Assembly: GCA_963748815.1 (NCBI GenBank)
Contig: CAVVKJ010000005.1
Location: forward strand, 224,001-288,000
Direction: 5' to 3'
DNA from: an uncultured Gemmatimonadales bacterium
Lineage (GTDB): Bacteria > Gemmatimonadota > Gemmatimonadetes > Gemmatimonadales > GWC2-71-9
Length of the DNA: 64,000 bases
Part shown: piece by piece, positions 1-10,546 of the stretch
Layout: each line of letters opens with the position of its first letter
Position numbering within the stretch: position 1 is the stretch's first letter
The notes under the pieces: model-generated
Database searches by the model: none
What the model was told of the DNA's origin: nothing
What the model saw: the letters and a program-made list of their open reading frames with translations, nothing else
Translations under genes and position numbers: made by a program

Positions 1-493
1 TGCGCCGCCCCTTGGAGTCCCAGAGGTAGTCCACGTTCAGGTCGTCCTGCCCGCCGAAGAGGCTGCCGGCGCTCGTCCCGGTTTCGCTCCGGAGGCCGTC
101 TTCCTGGACGCCGAGGCCGTTGACCCCGAAGAACGAGGCGCGGCGCTTGTCGTTGAAGGTGTCCAGGTAGAGGCGGACCCGGTCCTCGCCCCCGATCTTG
201 TCGCGGTCGGTGAAGGTGGCGCGGATGCTGGTCGGGTCGGTGTCGTGCGCGATGATGCCGAAGTGGATGGCGGTGGGCGAATACCAGACGAGGACGATCG
301 TCTCCTGTTCGGCCATCCGGCCGTCCACCGGCCGGTACTGGTGGAACCCGTCGAGCCGGGTGGCCTGCGCCCACACCGGTTCGTCGAGCACGCCGTCGAT
401 GGTGACGGTGGCATCGATCCGGGGAATCGTGACGGTGGGGGCGGGGGCCTGCGCCGGATCCTGGACCAGCACGGCAAGGAGAGGAAGAAGCAT
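1..493 (-). CDS. Secreted carbohydrate-binding family 9-like / DUF5916-type protein, 5' part (runs off window)
   Basis: Own translation from ATG 493: MLLPLLAVLVQDPAQAPAPTVTIPRIDATVTIDGVLDEPVW...DRVRLYLDTFNDKRRASFFGVNGLGVQEDG; IDGxLDEpvW and lDTFnD...FgVN.lGvQ.DG are typical of this family. Confidence 0.75.
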   Translation of the reverse strand, partial: MLLPLLAVLVQDPAQAPAPTVTIPRIDATVTIDGVLDEPVWAQATRLDGFHQYRPVDGRMAEQETIVLVWYSPTAIHFGIIAHDTDPTSIRATFTDRDKIGGEDRVRLYLDTFNDKRRASFFGVNGLGVQEDGLRSETGTSAGSLFGGQDDLNVDYLWDSKGRR

Positions 494-503
494 GTCGGGA
501 AAC

Positions 504-1055
504 CTAGTGTGTCCCGGCCTCCGGGTCGCGGGTGCGGTCGGGGATCGTTCCGCGGAGGACCGCCACGCCATCCACCGCGACCAGCATCCCGTCTTCGGGG
601 AGGGTCGTGACGCCGACCATGGTCAGCGCGGGACCCTGGCCGGCCGGGAAGAGGCTGGCGGCGGCGGCCTGCATCGCGTCGAAGTCGTCGTGGGTGCAGC
701 CGACGCAATACACCGTCAGCTTGATGAGATCGGCGGGCACGCCCCGCGCGAAGCGCATGATCGCCGAGGCGTTGCGGAGCGCCTGCCGGAGCTGGGCGAC
801 GGGGTCGCCGCGCCCGACGAGGAGGCCGGTGCTGTCGAGCGGAACCTGGCCGGACAGGAAGACGCTCTGCCCGATCTTCACCGCGCTGCTGAAGCCGGGG
901 AGAGTCGGGACGTTCGGCGCCTGCAGGAACTCGGGGGGCGGGGGTGCCACGGGGTAGATGCGCCCGGGCCCGCCCGGGGCCCCCTGGGGGGCCGCGGTGG
1001 GGCCGCACGCGACGAGCACCAGCACTGCCAGGGCCGCGGTCGCGGTCCTATTCAT
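504..1055 (-). CDS. RidA/YjgF/UK114-family protein with predicted lipoprotein signal
   Basis: MNRTATAALAVLVLVAC lipobox; FSSAVKIGQSVFLSGQVPLD, LIKLTVY, PALTMVGVTTLP Rid-fold motifs; start overlaps permease stop. Confidence 0.75.
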   Translation of the reverse strand: MNRTATAALAVLVLVACGPTAAPQGAPGGPGRIYPVAPPPPEFLQAPNVPTLPGFSSAVKIGQSVFLSGQVPLDSTGLLVGRGDPVAQLRQALRNASAIMRFARGVPADLIKLTVYCVGCTHDDFDAMQAAAASLFPAGQGPALTMVGVTTLPEDGMLVAVDGVAVLRGTIPDRTRDPEAGTH

Positions 1056-2264
1056 ACCGGAGCGCCACGATGGGGTCGAGCGAAGCGGCGCGCCGGGCCG
1101 GCAGGATCCCGAAGAAGAGTCCGACGCCGGCACTGAACACGAATGCGACAACAATGGCCATGGGTGAAATGTAGGTGTTCCACCCCGCCAGGCGCGAGAG
1201 GCTGACCGCCGCGCCGGATCCGAGCAGAATGCCGAGGGTGCCGCCGACGAACGACAGCACCATCGCCTCGATCAGGAACTGGAGCAGGATGTTGCCCCGG
1301 GTGGCGCCGAGCGCCTTCCGGATCCCGATCTCCCGGGTGCGCTCGGTGACCGACACCAGCATGATGTTCATGATGCCGATGCCGCCGACCAGGAGGCTGA
1401 CGCCGGCGATGCTGGCGAGCAGGGCCGTGAAGACCTGCGTGGCCTGCTGCTGGGTGGCCAGGATGTCCTGCTGGTTCCGGACCTGGAAGTCGTTGTCCGC
1501 GCCGGGCCGGATCTTGTGTTCCCGGCGGAGGATGCGCTCGAAGTCCACCATCCCCTGCTCCAGCGGGACGCCCTCGGCCACCTGGACGGTGAGGGACCGC
1601 AGCCGGTCGCTGCCGAAGATCCGGTAGCGCGCCGTCTGCAGCGGGATGAGGATCTGCTCGTCGGGATTGGAGAACGAGCCGGCGGACCCCTTCCGGCTCA
1701 GGACGCCGATGATCTCGAAGGGGATGCCGCGGACCAGGATCGTCTGCCCCATCATGGCGGCGGCGTTGCCGCCGAGCATCTCCGGGACATCCCAGCCGAG
1801 GACCGCATAGCGCTGGCGCGACTCGTCGTCACCGGCGGTGAACATCCGCCCGAACGGCACGGTGTAGTTCCGCACCTCGGCGTAATTGGCCGTCGTGCCG
1901 ATGACGTTGGAGTTGATGTTCTTGTTGCCGAACTTGATTTGCAGGTTCGACTGCATTTCGGGCACGACGGCGGAAATCAGCTTCGCGTCGCGCCGGAGGG
2001 CCTCGGCGTCGTCCGTGGTGAGGCTGACCCGCACGTTGGACGCCACGCCGCGGTTGAACGACTGTCCCGGGTAGATCGTGAGCAGGTTGGCGCCGAGGGC
2101 GTTGATCCGCTCCTCGACGGCGCGCTGCGCGCCGGTGCCCGAGGGCCACCATCGCGATGACCGCGCCGACGCCGATGATGACGCCGAGCATGGTCAGCGC
2201 GGTCCGGAGCTTGTTGGCGCGGATCGACTGGAAGCGCGACCGCGACCGTCTCGCCGAGCATCAT
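1048..2264 (-). CDS. MacB/FtsX-family ABC permease (two apparent +1 frameshifts near 2233 and 2142)
   Basis: Joined frames read MMLGETVAVAFQSIRANKLRTALTMLGVIIGVGAVIAMVALG...; C-terminal LLVGGIGIMNIMLVSVTERTREIGIRKALGA and PARRAASLDPIVALRYE. Confidence 0.9.
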
Positions 2265-2266
2265 GG

Positions 2267-3794
2267 TTAGCGCCCTCCTCCGGCCGCCGGGGTCGTCGTC
2301 GACCGGACGCCGGGCAAGCCACCGCCGGTGATGTTGCCGATCCGCTGCTTGAATTCCGCCTGCGACTGGATGAGGCTGGCGCTCGGCAGCACCAGGACCG
2401 AGTCGCCAAGGGCAATCCCGCTCATGACCTCGCTGTAGTCGAGGTCGGTCAGCCCGGTGCGGACGTTGACCGGCGTCGGCTGGCCGTTGCGGAGCACGAA
2501 CACGATGTACCGCCCGCCGAACTGGAAGTCGTTGCTGGGCGCGCGCTGGCCGCCGCCCGGGCGACCACCCCGACCGCCGCCCATGCCGGCCATGACCGCG
2601 CGGAGGGTCGCCGTTTCCGAGGCGCTCAGTTCCTGGCCCCCCATCCGCTTGGCGAAGAGGGCGCGTACCTGCGCCTCGGTGACGCCGGCCGGCAGCGGGA
2701 TCACGCGGCCGTCCGGGGTCGTCATCGTGTTGCCGGCCGGCTTGGCCGGCGCGGCGCTGTCGCTGGGCGCCGTGGCGGCCGCCTGGGTGCTCCGGCCGCT
2801 GGCGGCGTCGGCCTGTGCCGCCGTCGCGCTGTCGTTGGCCGCGAGCATCGCCGGGATGTCGTCCGGGTTGAGCCCGAGCACCTGCGCGGCGGAGGTCACG
2901 TCCTTCTGGGTCCGGAGCGCGGCGTTCGGCACGGCCGGCACGCTGTCCCGCTGCCCCACGTGAATTTCCACCTCGGCGTTCATGCCGGGCCGGAGCCGTC
3001 CGTCGCGATTCTGGATGCGCACGATGACGGGGAACATCGTCACGTTCTGCTGGGTCTGCGCCTGCGGCTCCACCTTGAGCACTTCCCCGTCAAAGGGGGT
3101 GTTCGGGTAGGCGTCCACCGTGACGGTGGCGCGCAGCCCCGACTTGATCTTGCCGATGTCGGTCTCGTCCACCAGGGTGCGGACCTGCACCAGGTTGAGG
3201 TCGGCCATCTTGAGCAGGATGGTGCCGCCGCCCACGTCGCTCGTGGGCGACGAGATGACCTGCCCGCGCTCCACGTTCTTCTCGATGATGGTGCCGGTGA
3301 TCGGCGCCCGGACGTCGGTGTCCGCCATCCGGATCTTGGCGTTCTCCACGTTGACTTCGGCCCCCACCACCTCGGCCTTGGCGTTGGCGTAGCGAGAGTA
3401 CCGCCGACTCCTGCTCGGTCTGGGTGATGGACTGGGACTTGTACAGCTCGTTGGCCCGGTTCCGCTGGGACGCGGCGTTCTGGAGCCGCGCCTGCGCCAC
3501 TTCGAGCTGGGCTTCCGCCTGGGCCAGCTGGTTGCGCGGCGTCCGCTGGTCCACCCGGACCATGAGCGCGCCGCGCTCGACGAGCTGGCCGGTTTCCACC
3601 ATCATCTCCAGGATTTCGCCGGAGGCCTTCGACTTCACCTCGACGGTGGTGTCGGGCTGGATGACGCCCGCCGCCTGGGCGGAGACGATGATGTTGCGCT
3701 GTTCCACCGGCACCGCCTGGTACACCAGCGGCGGCGCTTCCTTCTTGCAGGCCGCGAGGGCCAGGGTGGCGAGGATCAGGGTCTGGGTCCGCAT
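2267..3794 (-). CDS. MacA/HlyD-family periplasmic adaptor, lipoprotein (apparent +1 frameshift near 3392)
   Basis: ORFs 3090-3794 (LALAAC lipobox, VEVKSKASGEI) and 2267-3370 (VRAPITGTI, VDETDIGKI, LRPGM, VRTGLTD) are the two halves of one MFP. Confidence 0.88.
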
Positions 3795-4550
3795 TAGCTG
3801 CTTTTCTCCGTCAGGAAGTCTTGCTCAACGCGCCCGTCCTTGAGGTGGACCTGGCGCGCGGCGTGGGCGGCGATGTCATGTTCGTGGGTGACCAGCACGA
3901 TTGTCTGGCCCCCGTTGTAGCAGGTCCTCGAAGAGCGCCATGATTTCGGTGCTCGTGGCCGAATCGAGGTTGCCGGTCGGCTCGTCGGCCAGGATGATGC
4001 TGGGGTCGTTGACCAGCGCCCGGGCCATGGCCACGCGCTGGCGCTGCCCGCCGGAGAGCTCGTTCGGCCGGTGATGCATCCGGTCCGCCAGGCCGACCTG
4101 GCGCAGGGCCTCGGTGGCCTTGGCCACCCGCGCCTTGGCGCCGATGCCGGCGTACACCAGCGGCAGTTCGACGTTGTGGAGCGCCGTGGCGCGCGGCAGC
4201 AGGTTGAAGGTCTGGAAGACGAAGCCGATTTCCTTGTTGCGAATCCGGGCCAGCTCGTCGTCCGCCAGCTCCGACACGCGGAAGCCGTTCAGCCAGTACT
4301 CGCCGCCCGAGGGGCTGTCGAGACAGCCGATCATGTTCATCAGCGTCGACTTGCCGGAGCCCGACGGGCCCATGATGGCCACGAACTCGTTCTTCCGGAT
4401 GGTGATGTCCACCCCGCGCAGGGCGCGCACCACCTCGCCGCCCATGTCGTACTCACGCTGCAGGTTGCGGGTGACGATCATCGCGTCGCGCGGCACGTCG
4501 GGTGGCAGCATGGCCATCCGTTCGGCCGTCGTGCTCATGGCAGAGCTCAC
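3794..4550 (-). CDS. MacB/LolD-type ABC ATP-binding protein (apparent +1 frameshift near 3921)
   Basis: [28 protein letters not shown]-loop [10 protein letters not shown] continues in shifted frame to TAA overlapping the next ATG at 3794. Confidence 0.92.
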
Positions 4551-5851
4551 AGGGGCCTCCCGATAAGGGCTTCGATCTGGGCCTTGGCGATCAGATAGTT
4601 GTACCGGGCCTGGATGACATCGACTTCGGCCTGGGAGAGCGCTTCCTGGGAACTCAGGACGTCCACGATGGTGGCCGCGCCGACCCGGTACCGCTCCTGG
4701 TTGACCCGGAGGTCCTCGGTGGCCGCCACCAGGCTGGTGCCGGTGATGTCAATTTGCGCCCGGGCGGCGTCGAGTTCCGCCAGCCGCGCGGTCAGCGAGG
4801 CATCGACCTGGCGCTTGGCGTCGGCGGCGGTGGAGGATGCCGCGTCGGCGTTCGTCGAGGCGTTGACGATGGACTGGTCGCGCTGGAAGCCGTTGAAGAT
4901 CGGGTAGCTCAAGGCGAGCGTCATCGACCGGCTGTCGAAGAACTGGTAGTCCTGGCTGTCATTGCCGTTGTAGCTGTACCGGCCGGAGAGGTTCAACTGC
5001 GGCCACCAGGCCGCCTTGGCGGCCTTCACGTTGGCCCGGGCGGCGTCGGCCTGGGCCTGCGCGGCCCGCACCTTGGGGGAGTTGTTCTCCGCCTCGGCCC
5101 GAATGGTCGCCGTGTCACCGATTTCGCTGACGACCAGAAACGCAGAGTCGGCCAGCGCGCGAACCCGCCCGTCCATCCCCACCAGGCGGCCGAGGTTCGC
5201 TTCGGTCGTGGCCACCGTCGTCAGGGCGTTCAGGAGCTGGAGCCGGGAGTTGCCGAGCGTCACCAGCGAGCGCAGGGAGTCGGAGCGTGTGGCGCTGCCG
5301 GCCTGCAGCTTCGAGACCGAGACGCTCAACTGCTCCTCGGCGCGTTTGAGGCTCGCCTCCCGCACCCGGACCAGCTCGTTGGCGGCCAGAGCGCCGAAGA
5401 ACGTCTGCTTGGCGCTGAGGGCGGTCTGGTATTCCGCGTCGATCAGGCCGGCGTCCGCCGCGGCCTCCGTGGCTTTCGCCGAGCTCATCTGTGCGCCGCG
5501 GCGGAAGCCGGTGAAGAGGTCGAGCGACGCGCTCGCGCTGTTGCTGAAGCTCTGCGCGTAAGACTCCCCCGAGATCACTTCGCCGGTGATCTGGTTGACC
5601 CGCGAGGGGCCATTCGAGTAGCTGGTGCCGTAGCTGGAATTGACCGACAGCGAGGGAATGAACGATCCCCAGCTGGTGCGGTACTGCGCCGACGCCCGCT
5701 CCACCGCGCCCTGCGCCGCCACGACGGACGGCTGGGCAAGCTGGGCCTTGGCGATGGCCTCCGCCAGCGTGATGGTGGGCGTGGCCGGTTCCTGGGCGCT
5801 CAGCATGGCAGGCACCGCCAGGGAAAGCGCGAGGAGTCTAGCGAGGTGCAT
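4547..5851 (-). CDS. TolC-family outer membrane efflux protein
   Basis: Signal peptide [28 protein letters not shown] / PQLNLSGRY repeats, [14 protein letters not shown]; upstream of MacAB-like genes. Confidence 0.9.
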   Translation of the reverse strand: MHLARLLALSLAVPAMLSAQEPATPTITLAEAIAKAQLAQPSVVAAQGAVERASAQYRTSWGSFIPSLSVNSSYGTSYSNGPSRVNQITGEVISGESYAQSFSNSASASLDLFTGFRRGAQMSSAKATEAAADAGLIDAEYQTALSAKQTFFGALAANELVRVREASLKRAEEQLSVSVSKLQAGSATRSDSLRSLVTLGNSRLQLLNALTTVATTEANLGRLVGMDGRVRALADSAFLVVSEIGDTATIRAEAENNSPKVRAAQAQADAARANVKAAKAAWWPQLNLSGRYSYNGNDSQDYQFFDSRSMTLALSYPIFNGFQRDQSIVNASTNADAASSTAADAKRQVDASLTARLAELDAARAQIDITGTSLVAATEDLRVNQERYRVGAATIVDVLSSQEALSQAEVDVIQARYNYLIAKAQIEALIGRPL

Positions 5852-6230
5852 TCGAGGCGTCCTTGCCGTTGCGGCGCCGGGCGTCCTGGCGTTCCAGGAG
5901 GTCCGCGTAGCGGCGCTGCTGGTCGGGGGTGAGTTGTGCATTGATGTCTGAACGGAGTTCCGTCCGGAGGGTTTCAAACTTCGGCCGGATGTCCTGCCAG
6001 ATGGAGTCCATGCCGGGCTCGAACCGCTTCAGGATGGCGCCGACGCTGTCGCGCTGGGTCGGAGACAGGTCGAGATCCTTCGCGAGGCGCGCGAGATAGG
6101 TCGACGCTCCGCCGGAACGCCCCATGCCCGAGGGGCGATGGTACAGCGCGACCCCGCCGATGCCCGCGATCGCCCCGAGGGCGAAGGCGACCAGCAGCAG
6201 CAGCGTGGCGGTGCGGGTGGACTTGGTCAT
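5838..6230 (-). CDS. Spy/CpxP-like (LTxxQ motif) membrane-anchored periplasmic protein
   Basis: N-terminal TM helix, LDLSPTQ and LTPDQQ motifs, position after anti-sigma candidate. Confidence 0.65.
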   Translation of the reverse strand: MTKSTRTATLLLLVAFALGAIAGIGGVALYHRPSGMGRSGGASTYLARLAKDLDLSPTQRDSVGAILKRFEPGMDSIWQDIRPKFETLRTELRSDINAQLTPDQQRRYADLLERQDARRRNGKDASNAPR

Positions 6231-6249
6231 TCGAATTCTGCTCCTTGCC

Positions 6250-6591
6250 TCAGTAGGCCATCACCGCAAGCAGCGCGACGCTGCCGGCGGGTGAACTGTC
6301 GCTGGCGAGTTCGACCAGGGATCCGGCCGCCGAACTCGACGCAGCCCGGGTCGGCGTGGTGGTCGTGCTCCCGAACGCCGCGCCCAGGACGGCCAGGACG
6401 ACCGCGGCGGCCGCCAGACCCGGAAGGGTCCACCGGGCGACCGACCGCCAGGCCGTCTCGTCCGCCGTGGCGACCGCCGCCATCCGCATCCGCGCGGCGA
6501 AGGCCGCATCGTCAGGCGCGGAGAGGTGGGCGCGCAGCAGCGCGCCCAGTTCCTCGTCGCGTCCAGCGGTGAATTCGTTCTGGTCGGTCAT
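6250..6591 (-). CDS. Putative anti-sigma factor, single TM helix
   Basis: 113 aa, coupled to ECF sigma stop, PDDAAFAARM followed by TM LAAAAVVLAVLG. Confidence 0.55.
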   Translation of the reverse strand: MTDQNEFTAGRDEELGALLRAHLSAPDDAAFAARMRMAAVATADETAWRSVARWTLPGLAAAAVVLAVLGAAFGSTTTTPTRAASSSAAGSLVELASDSSPAGSVALLAVMAY

Positions 6592-7145
6592 CAGCGATCT
6601 CCTCCTGTCGAGCCCAGGGCCGTGCGCATGGCGCGGCGGGCGTGAAACACATCGGAGCGGACCGTGCCCACCGGGACCCCAAGCATCGTGGCGATCTCCT
6701 CGTGGACGTATCCCTCGGCGTCGTGGAGGACGAGGGCCATTCGTCGTCGTTCCGGCAGCGTGGCGAGGGCCCGGTCCAGCGCCTCTCGCAGCAGCGCCCG
6801 GTCGGTGTCCCGGTCAGGCGTCGAGCCGGAATCCGCCGTGGCCGCGGGAATCTCCTCGGTCCGCCGCAGCTTCCGGCGCCGCCGCAGGTCCGCTGCGGCA
6901 TTGACCACAATCGTCATGAACCACGGTCCAAACGGCCTGGCCGGGTCGAACCGGCCGATCGCCCGCCAGGCGGAAAAGAGGGCGTCCTGCACCGCGTCAT
7001 CTGCGTCGTGGGCGTCCAGCAGGGCGGCCCGGGCGACTCGCCGGGCCCGCTCGGCGTGGCGCTCCACGAGCGCCCCGAAGGCCTCGCTGCTCCCGCCACA
7101 GGCTTGGGTGGCCAGCTCGGCATCGGTCACGGGGGAGTTACGCAT
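6591..7145 (-). CDS. ECF-type RNA polymerase sigma-70 factor
   Basis: AFGALVERH, DADDAVQDALFSAW, FGPWFMTIVVN (region 2); EEIATMLGVPVGTVRSDVFHAR (region 4). Confidence 0.92.
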   Translation of the reverse strand: MRNSPVTDAELATQACGGSSEAFGALVERHAERARRVARAALLDAHDADDAVQDALFSAWRAIGRFDPARPFGPWFMTIVVNAAADLRRRRKLRRTEEIPAATADSGSTPDRDTDRALLREALDRALATLPERRRMALVLHDAEGYVHEEIATMLGVPVGTVRSDVFHARRAMRTALGSTGGDR

Positions 7146-7185
7146 CAGGCCCGGAAAGCGTTGAGGCGGGGGACGCCGGCGGGGT

Positions 7186-8571
7186 TCACAGGTCGATTCG
7201 GCCGCGGAATGCCTGGACGGCGGCCCCGATGGCCAGCCAGGCGCAGAGGGCAGCCACCACGAGGCCCATGGTCCTGGGAAGCACGACGAAAAGGAGGCCG
7301 AGCGCGGCCAGCCCGACCGCGACCGGCCCGAAGATCGACCGCTGGGCCGCGCTGGCGAGGCCCCGCACGGCCAGACCGGTCCGGCGTCGTACTTCCCGGA
7401 ACCGCCGGCGCCGGGGGAGGAGCGACGTCGCGGTGTGTTCGGCAGTATCTGCGAACACCCGTTCCAGCGCGTGCCTGCGTCGTCCGGGGAGCAATTGCAC
7501 CTCGGCGCTCTGGGCCATGTCCCGCCGAAACTGGGCCTCCAGCTGGCTGCCCAGCCTCGGATCGTGGAGCAGAATGTCGAGTTCGTAGTTTCCCACGAGG
7601 CTGGAACTGTTGAGGTTGCTCGAGCCCACCCGGCACCAGACGCCGTCTGCCACGATAGTCTTGGCATGCAGCATCGGGCCGCCCCACTCGAAAATCCGCA
7701 CGCCGGCTTCGAGCAGCGCACGATAGCCGATCCGGCTCAGATTGCGGATGATCGGCAGGTCGCTCGCGCCGGGAAGAAGCAGGCGGACATCCACTCCGCT
7801 GTGCGCGGCGTCGAGGAGCGCCTGGAAGAGCGACCGGGGCGCGACGAGGTAGGCGTCGGTGATCCAGAGCCGGTCGACGGCCCCGGCCGCCAGCAACTCC
7901 ACGACGCGCTGGATCCGGGCCCGTCTGGGCTCGCCGACGACAACCCCCACCTCCGCATCTCCCGCCGACGGGAACTCACCAGCGTGCCGTCCCGGCGGGA
8001 TCGTTCCCCCTGCCAGCGTCCAGATCTGTTCGAAGGCCTGGTCGAGTGCCATGGCCGCCGGACCCACCACCTGGATGGCGGTGTCGCGCCAGGGCGGCAC
8101 GCCCCGCTCCGGCTCGCCGGCCCACTCGTCGCCGATGCAGAGGCCGCCGATGAAGGCGGTGCCGGCGTCCGTCACGAGCAGCTTGCGGTGGTCGCGGGAC
8201 ACGTTGCCGAGCAGGTCGAGGAAGCGGGGAGGGTTGAAACGGCGCAGCTCCACTCCGGCCGAGGCGAGCTCGGCCGTCAGCCGGCGACCCAGCCCCCGGC
8301 TGCCCAGCCAGTCGGTCAGGAGCCTCACGGAGACGCCGGCGCCTGCCCGTTCCATGAGGGCCTCGCAAAAGAGGCGGCCGCTGGCGTCGTCGCGGATGAT
8401 GTAGTTCTCGAGGTGGACCCAGTGTTCGGCCTGCCGGATGGCCTCCAGCATGGCGGGGTACACCCGCGGCCCGTCGAGGAGGAGCCGGGTCGCGTTGCCC
8501 GGAATGAACCGCGTGCCTCCGGCCCGGGCGAGCGAACGCTCGGCGAGCGCGGCGATGGCGTGGGGGCTCAT
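7186..8571 (-). CDS. Cardiolipin synthase / phospholipase D family protein
   Basis: Two HKD motifs (HRKLLVTD, HAKTIVAD), WRDT, VGSSNL; C-terminal TM hairpin. Confidence 0.88.
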   Translation of the reverse strand: MSPHAIAALAERSLARAGGTRFIPGNATRLLLDGPRVYPAMLEAIRQAEHWVHLENYIIRDDASGRLFCEALMERAGAGVSVRLLTDWLGSRGLGRRLTAELASAGVELRRFNPPRFLDLLGNVSRDHRKLLVTDAGTAFIGGLCIGDEWAGEPERGVPPWRDTAIQVVGPAAMALDQAFEQIWTLAGGTIPPGRHAGEFPSAGDAEVGVVVGEPRRARIQRVVELLAAGAVDRLWITDAYLVAPRSLFQALLDAAHSGVDVRLLLPGASDLPIIRNLSRIGYRALLEAGVRIFEWGGPMLHAKTIVADGVWCRVGSSNLNSSSLVGNYELDILLHDPRLGSQLEAQFRRDMAQSAEVQLLPGRRRHALERVFADTAEHTATSLLPRRRRFREVRRRTGLAVRGLASAAQRSIFGPVAVGLAALGLLFVVLPRTMGLVVAALCAWLAIGAAVQAFRGRIDL

Positions 8572-9152
8572 CCCGGGGGGCCGAGCCCCAGCACCGATTC
8601 GTGCGGTCGGAGCGCCTCGAGGAGAAACTGAATCAACTCCTCGAGCGGCCAGCCCATCTCCTCTGCACCGAGCCGAACGTCCTCGCGGCTGACCCCCCGG
8701 GCGAACGCCTTGTCCTTGAGCTTCTTGAGGACGCTCTTCGGCTCCAGGTCGGCGAGGGAACGGGAGGGCCGCACCAGTGCGCAGGCCACGAGAAAGCCGC
8801 AGAGTTCGTCCACGGCGAAGAGGGCGCGTGCCATCGGTGTTTCCCGCGCCACCCCGGTGTAGGCGGCGTGGCCGAGAATCGCCCGCTGCCACTCGTCGGG
8901 GGCGCCGAGACCGGCGAGAATGCGGACCCCTTCGCTGGGATGCTCGGCGTCGGGGGCGTGGGCGGCGTTGGGAAACCGCTCATAGTCGAAGTCGTGCACC
9001 AGGCCGACGATTCCCCAGGTGTCCGGGTCCTCGCCGACGCGCCCGGCCATGGCCCGCATGGCGATTTCGACGGCGTACATGTGCTTCCGAAGCGCCTCGG
9101 ACGGGGTGTACTCGTGGACCAGGGCGAGTGCGCGGTCGCGGGACAGTGTCAT
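8568..9152 (-). CDS. HD-superfamily (HDIG-type) hydrolase
   Basis: LRKHMYAVE, GLVHDFDYE, AVDELCGF, KKLKDKAFARGVSRED. Confidence 0.85.
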   Translation of the reverse strand: MTLSRDRALALVHEYTPSEALRKHMYAVEIAMRAMAGRVGEDPDTWGIVGLVHDFDYERFPNAAHAPDAEHPSEGVRILAGLGAPDEWQRAILGHAAYTGVARETPMARALFAVDELCGFLVACALVRPSRSLADLEPKSVLKKLKDKAFARGVSREDVRLGAEEMGWPLEELIQFLLEALRPHESVLGLGPPG

Positions 9153-9225
9153 GCCAGCTCCTCAAGGGGTCTGGAGCGAAAGCTAAGGGGATGCGGGTGC
9201 GGTGTCAGAGGGTGCCGGACAGCCA

Positions 9226-9259
9226 AAGGGCGGCGAACCAGATGTGGTCCGCCGCCCTT
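9226..9259 (-). terminator. Probable intrinsic terminator after fadL-lipase pair
   Basis: Inverted repeat AAGGGCGGCGAACCA-gatg-TGGTCCGCCGCCCTT just downstream of the lipase stop; short U-tract on minus strand. Confidence 0.6.
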
Positions 9260-9286
9260 CACCCTGAAGCCGAACGAGTCAGCCGA

Positions 9287-10529
9287 TCAGGGGATGCTGG
9301 TCCCGAAGAACCGGTTGACCGTCGAGACGAGCGAGTCGGCCACCAGCTGGTGCGCCAGCGTGGAGGGGTGGACGCCGTCGAGGCTGAAGTACGGGCCAAA
9401 CCCGACCGACCCGCCGGCGAGCGCCGGGAGGAGGTCCGGGATCGGCGGAATGGCGCCGGTGCCCGTGAGCGCCAGCAGCGGCGGGTTTACGTCCAGGTAG
9501 GCCATCCCGCGGCTGGCGGCCTCCGACTGGATATAGTGTTGTAACTCGGCCACCGCCGTCTGCATGGTGGCGAGCTCGCTCGGCGTGACCACCAGGGCGT
9601 CGTTGGAGCAGTCCATGGTCTGAGGCGACGCCACCGGCGGCCGCGGCGAGCATCGGTACCGCCTTGGTCCACGGGATGAGGGTGGCGAGACCGGCCGGGG
9701 CGGCGCAGTTCACGTCGACGTTCCAGAGCCCGAGCATCTGCAGGCCGGCGAGGTTCGGGTCCGGGGTGGTCGGGAGCGGCGCCTGACAGCGGGCCGGATC
9801 GACGTAGGTGAGGCAATAGTAGATGGCCGTGCGGGACGAATACGGAATGACCGAAACGTCTGTGACGCTGATTAGGGTCGCGGCCGCGCCGCTCAGTTCG
9901 ATCGTGTCGAGCATGGTCGAGTAATTCGACTCGAACACCGGCAGGGGCGTGATGAGCGCCGGGTTGCCTGGGTTGCTGCTGCTGGTCAGCGCACCAAGGA
10001 CGTCGTTGTTGCCGATCCAGGCGGTGACGAAGGTCGGGTCGGCGTCCAGCATCGCCTGGTCCTGGGTCCGACCGCCGAGAATGAAGGTGGTCAGGGCGTT
10101 GCTGTTGGCAAAGGAGATCATGTTGTCGTTCGGCGAGAACGACGTGGCGCCGGGCACCGCGACGTTGCTGACGTACGGCATCCGCTCGTTGGCGCGGAGG
10201 TCGCAGGTGCTGGCCGTTCCGCCGCCGACCCGTGTCTGCGTGACGTTGTTGGTGAGCGGCGGCGCGCAACCACGGCCCTGGAGGGACGGCACGTAGAACG
10301 GCGCGTTGGCGCGACTGGCAAAGAGCACCGCGTAGGAGCGCTGCTGGGTGCTGTCGTTGATGCCGGCGGACTGGTAGCCGGCAGTGATGCTGTTGCCCAT
10401 GGAGACGTAGCGTTCCATGAGCCCGTTGCTGGTGGACAGGTCTGGGGCGTTCAGCGGATCATTGTCGTAGCACCCCGCCAGGAGGGGGAGCGCCAGCAAG
10501 AGAGCCGCGGCCACTCGGATGCGCTGCAT
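9287..10529 (-). CDS. SGNH/GDSL-family lipase/esterase lipoprotein (apparent +1 frameshift near 9622)
   Basis: LLAGC lipobox; block I YVSMGNSITAG, NVAVPGA, WIGNNDVL; block V SLDGVHP in downstream frame (ORF 9287-9634). Confidence 0.85.
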
Positions 10530-10546
10530 ATGCTGTGATCTCCCGA

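Noticed and set aside
2142..3921. Programmed frameshifting or pseudogenisation of the MacAB-like genes
   Set aside because: No slippery sequences seen, motifs intact on both sides of each shift, same error type elsewhere; assembly error is more parsimonious
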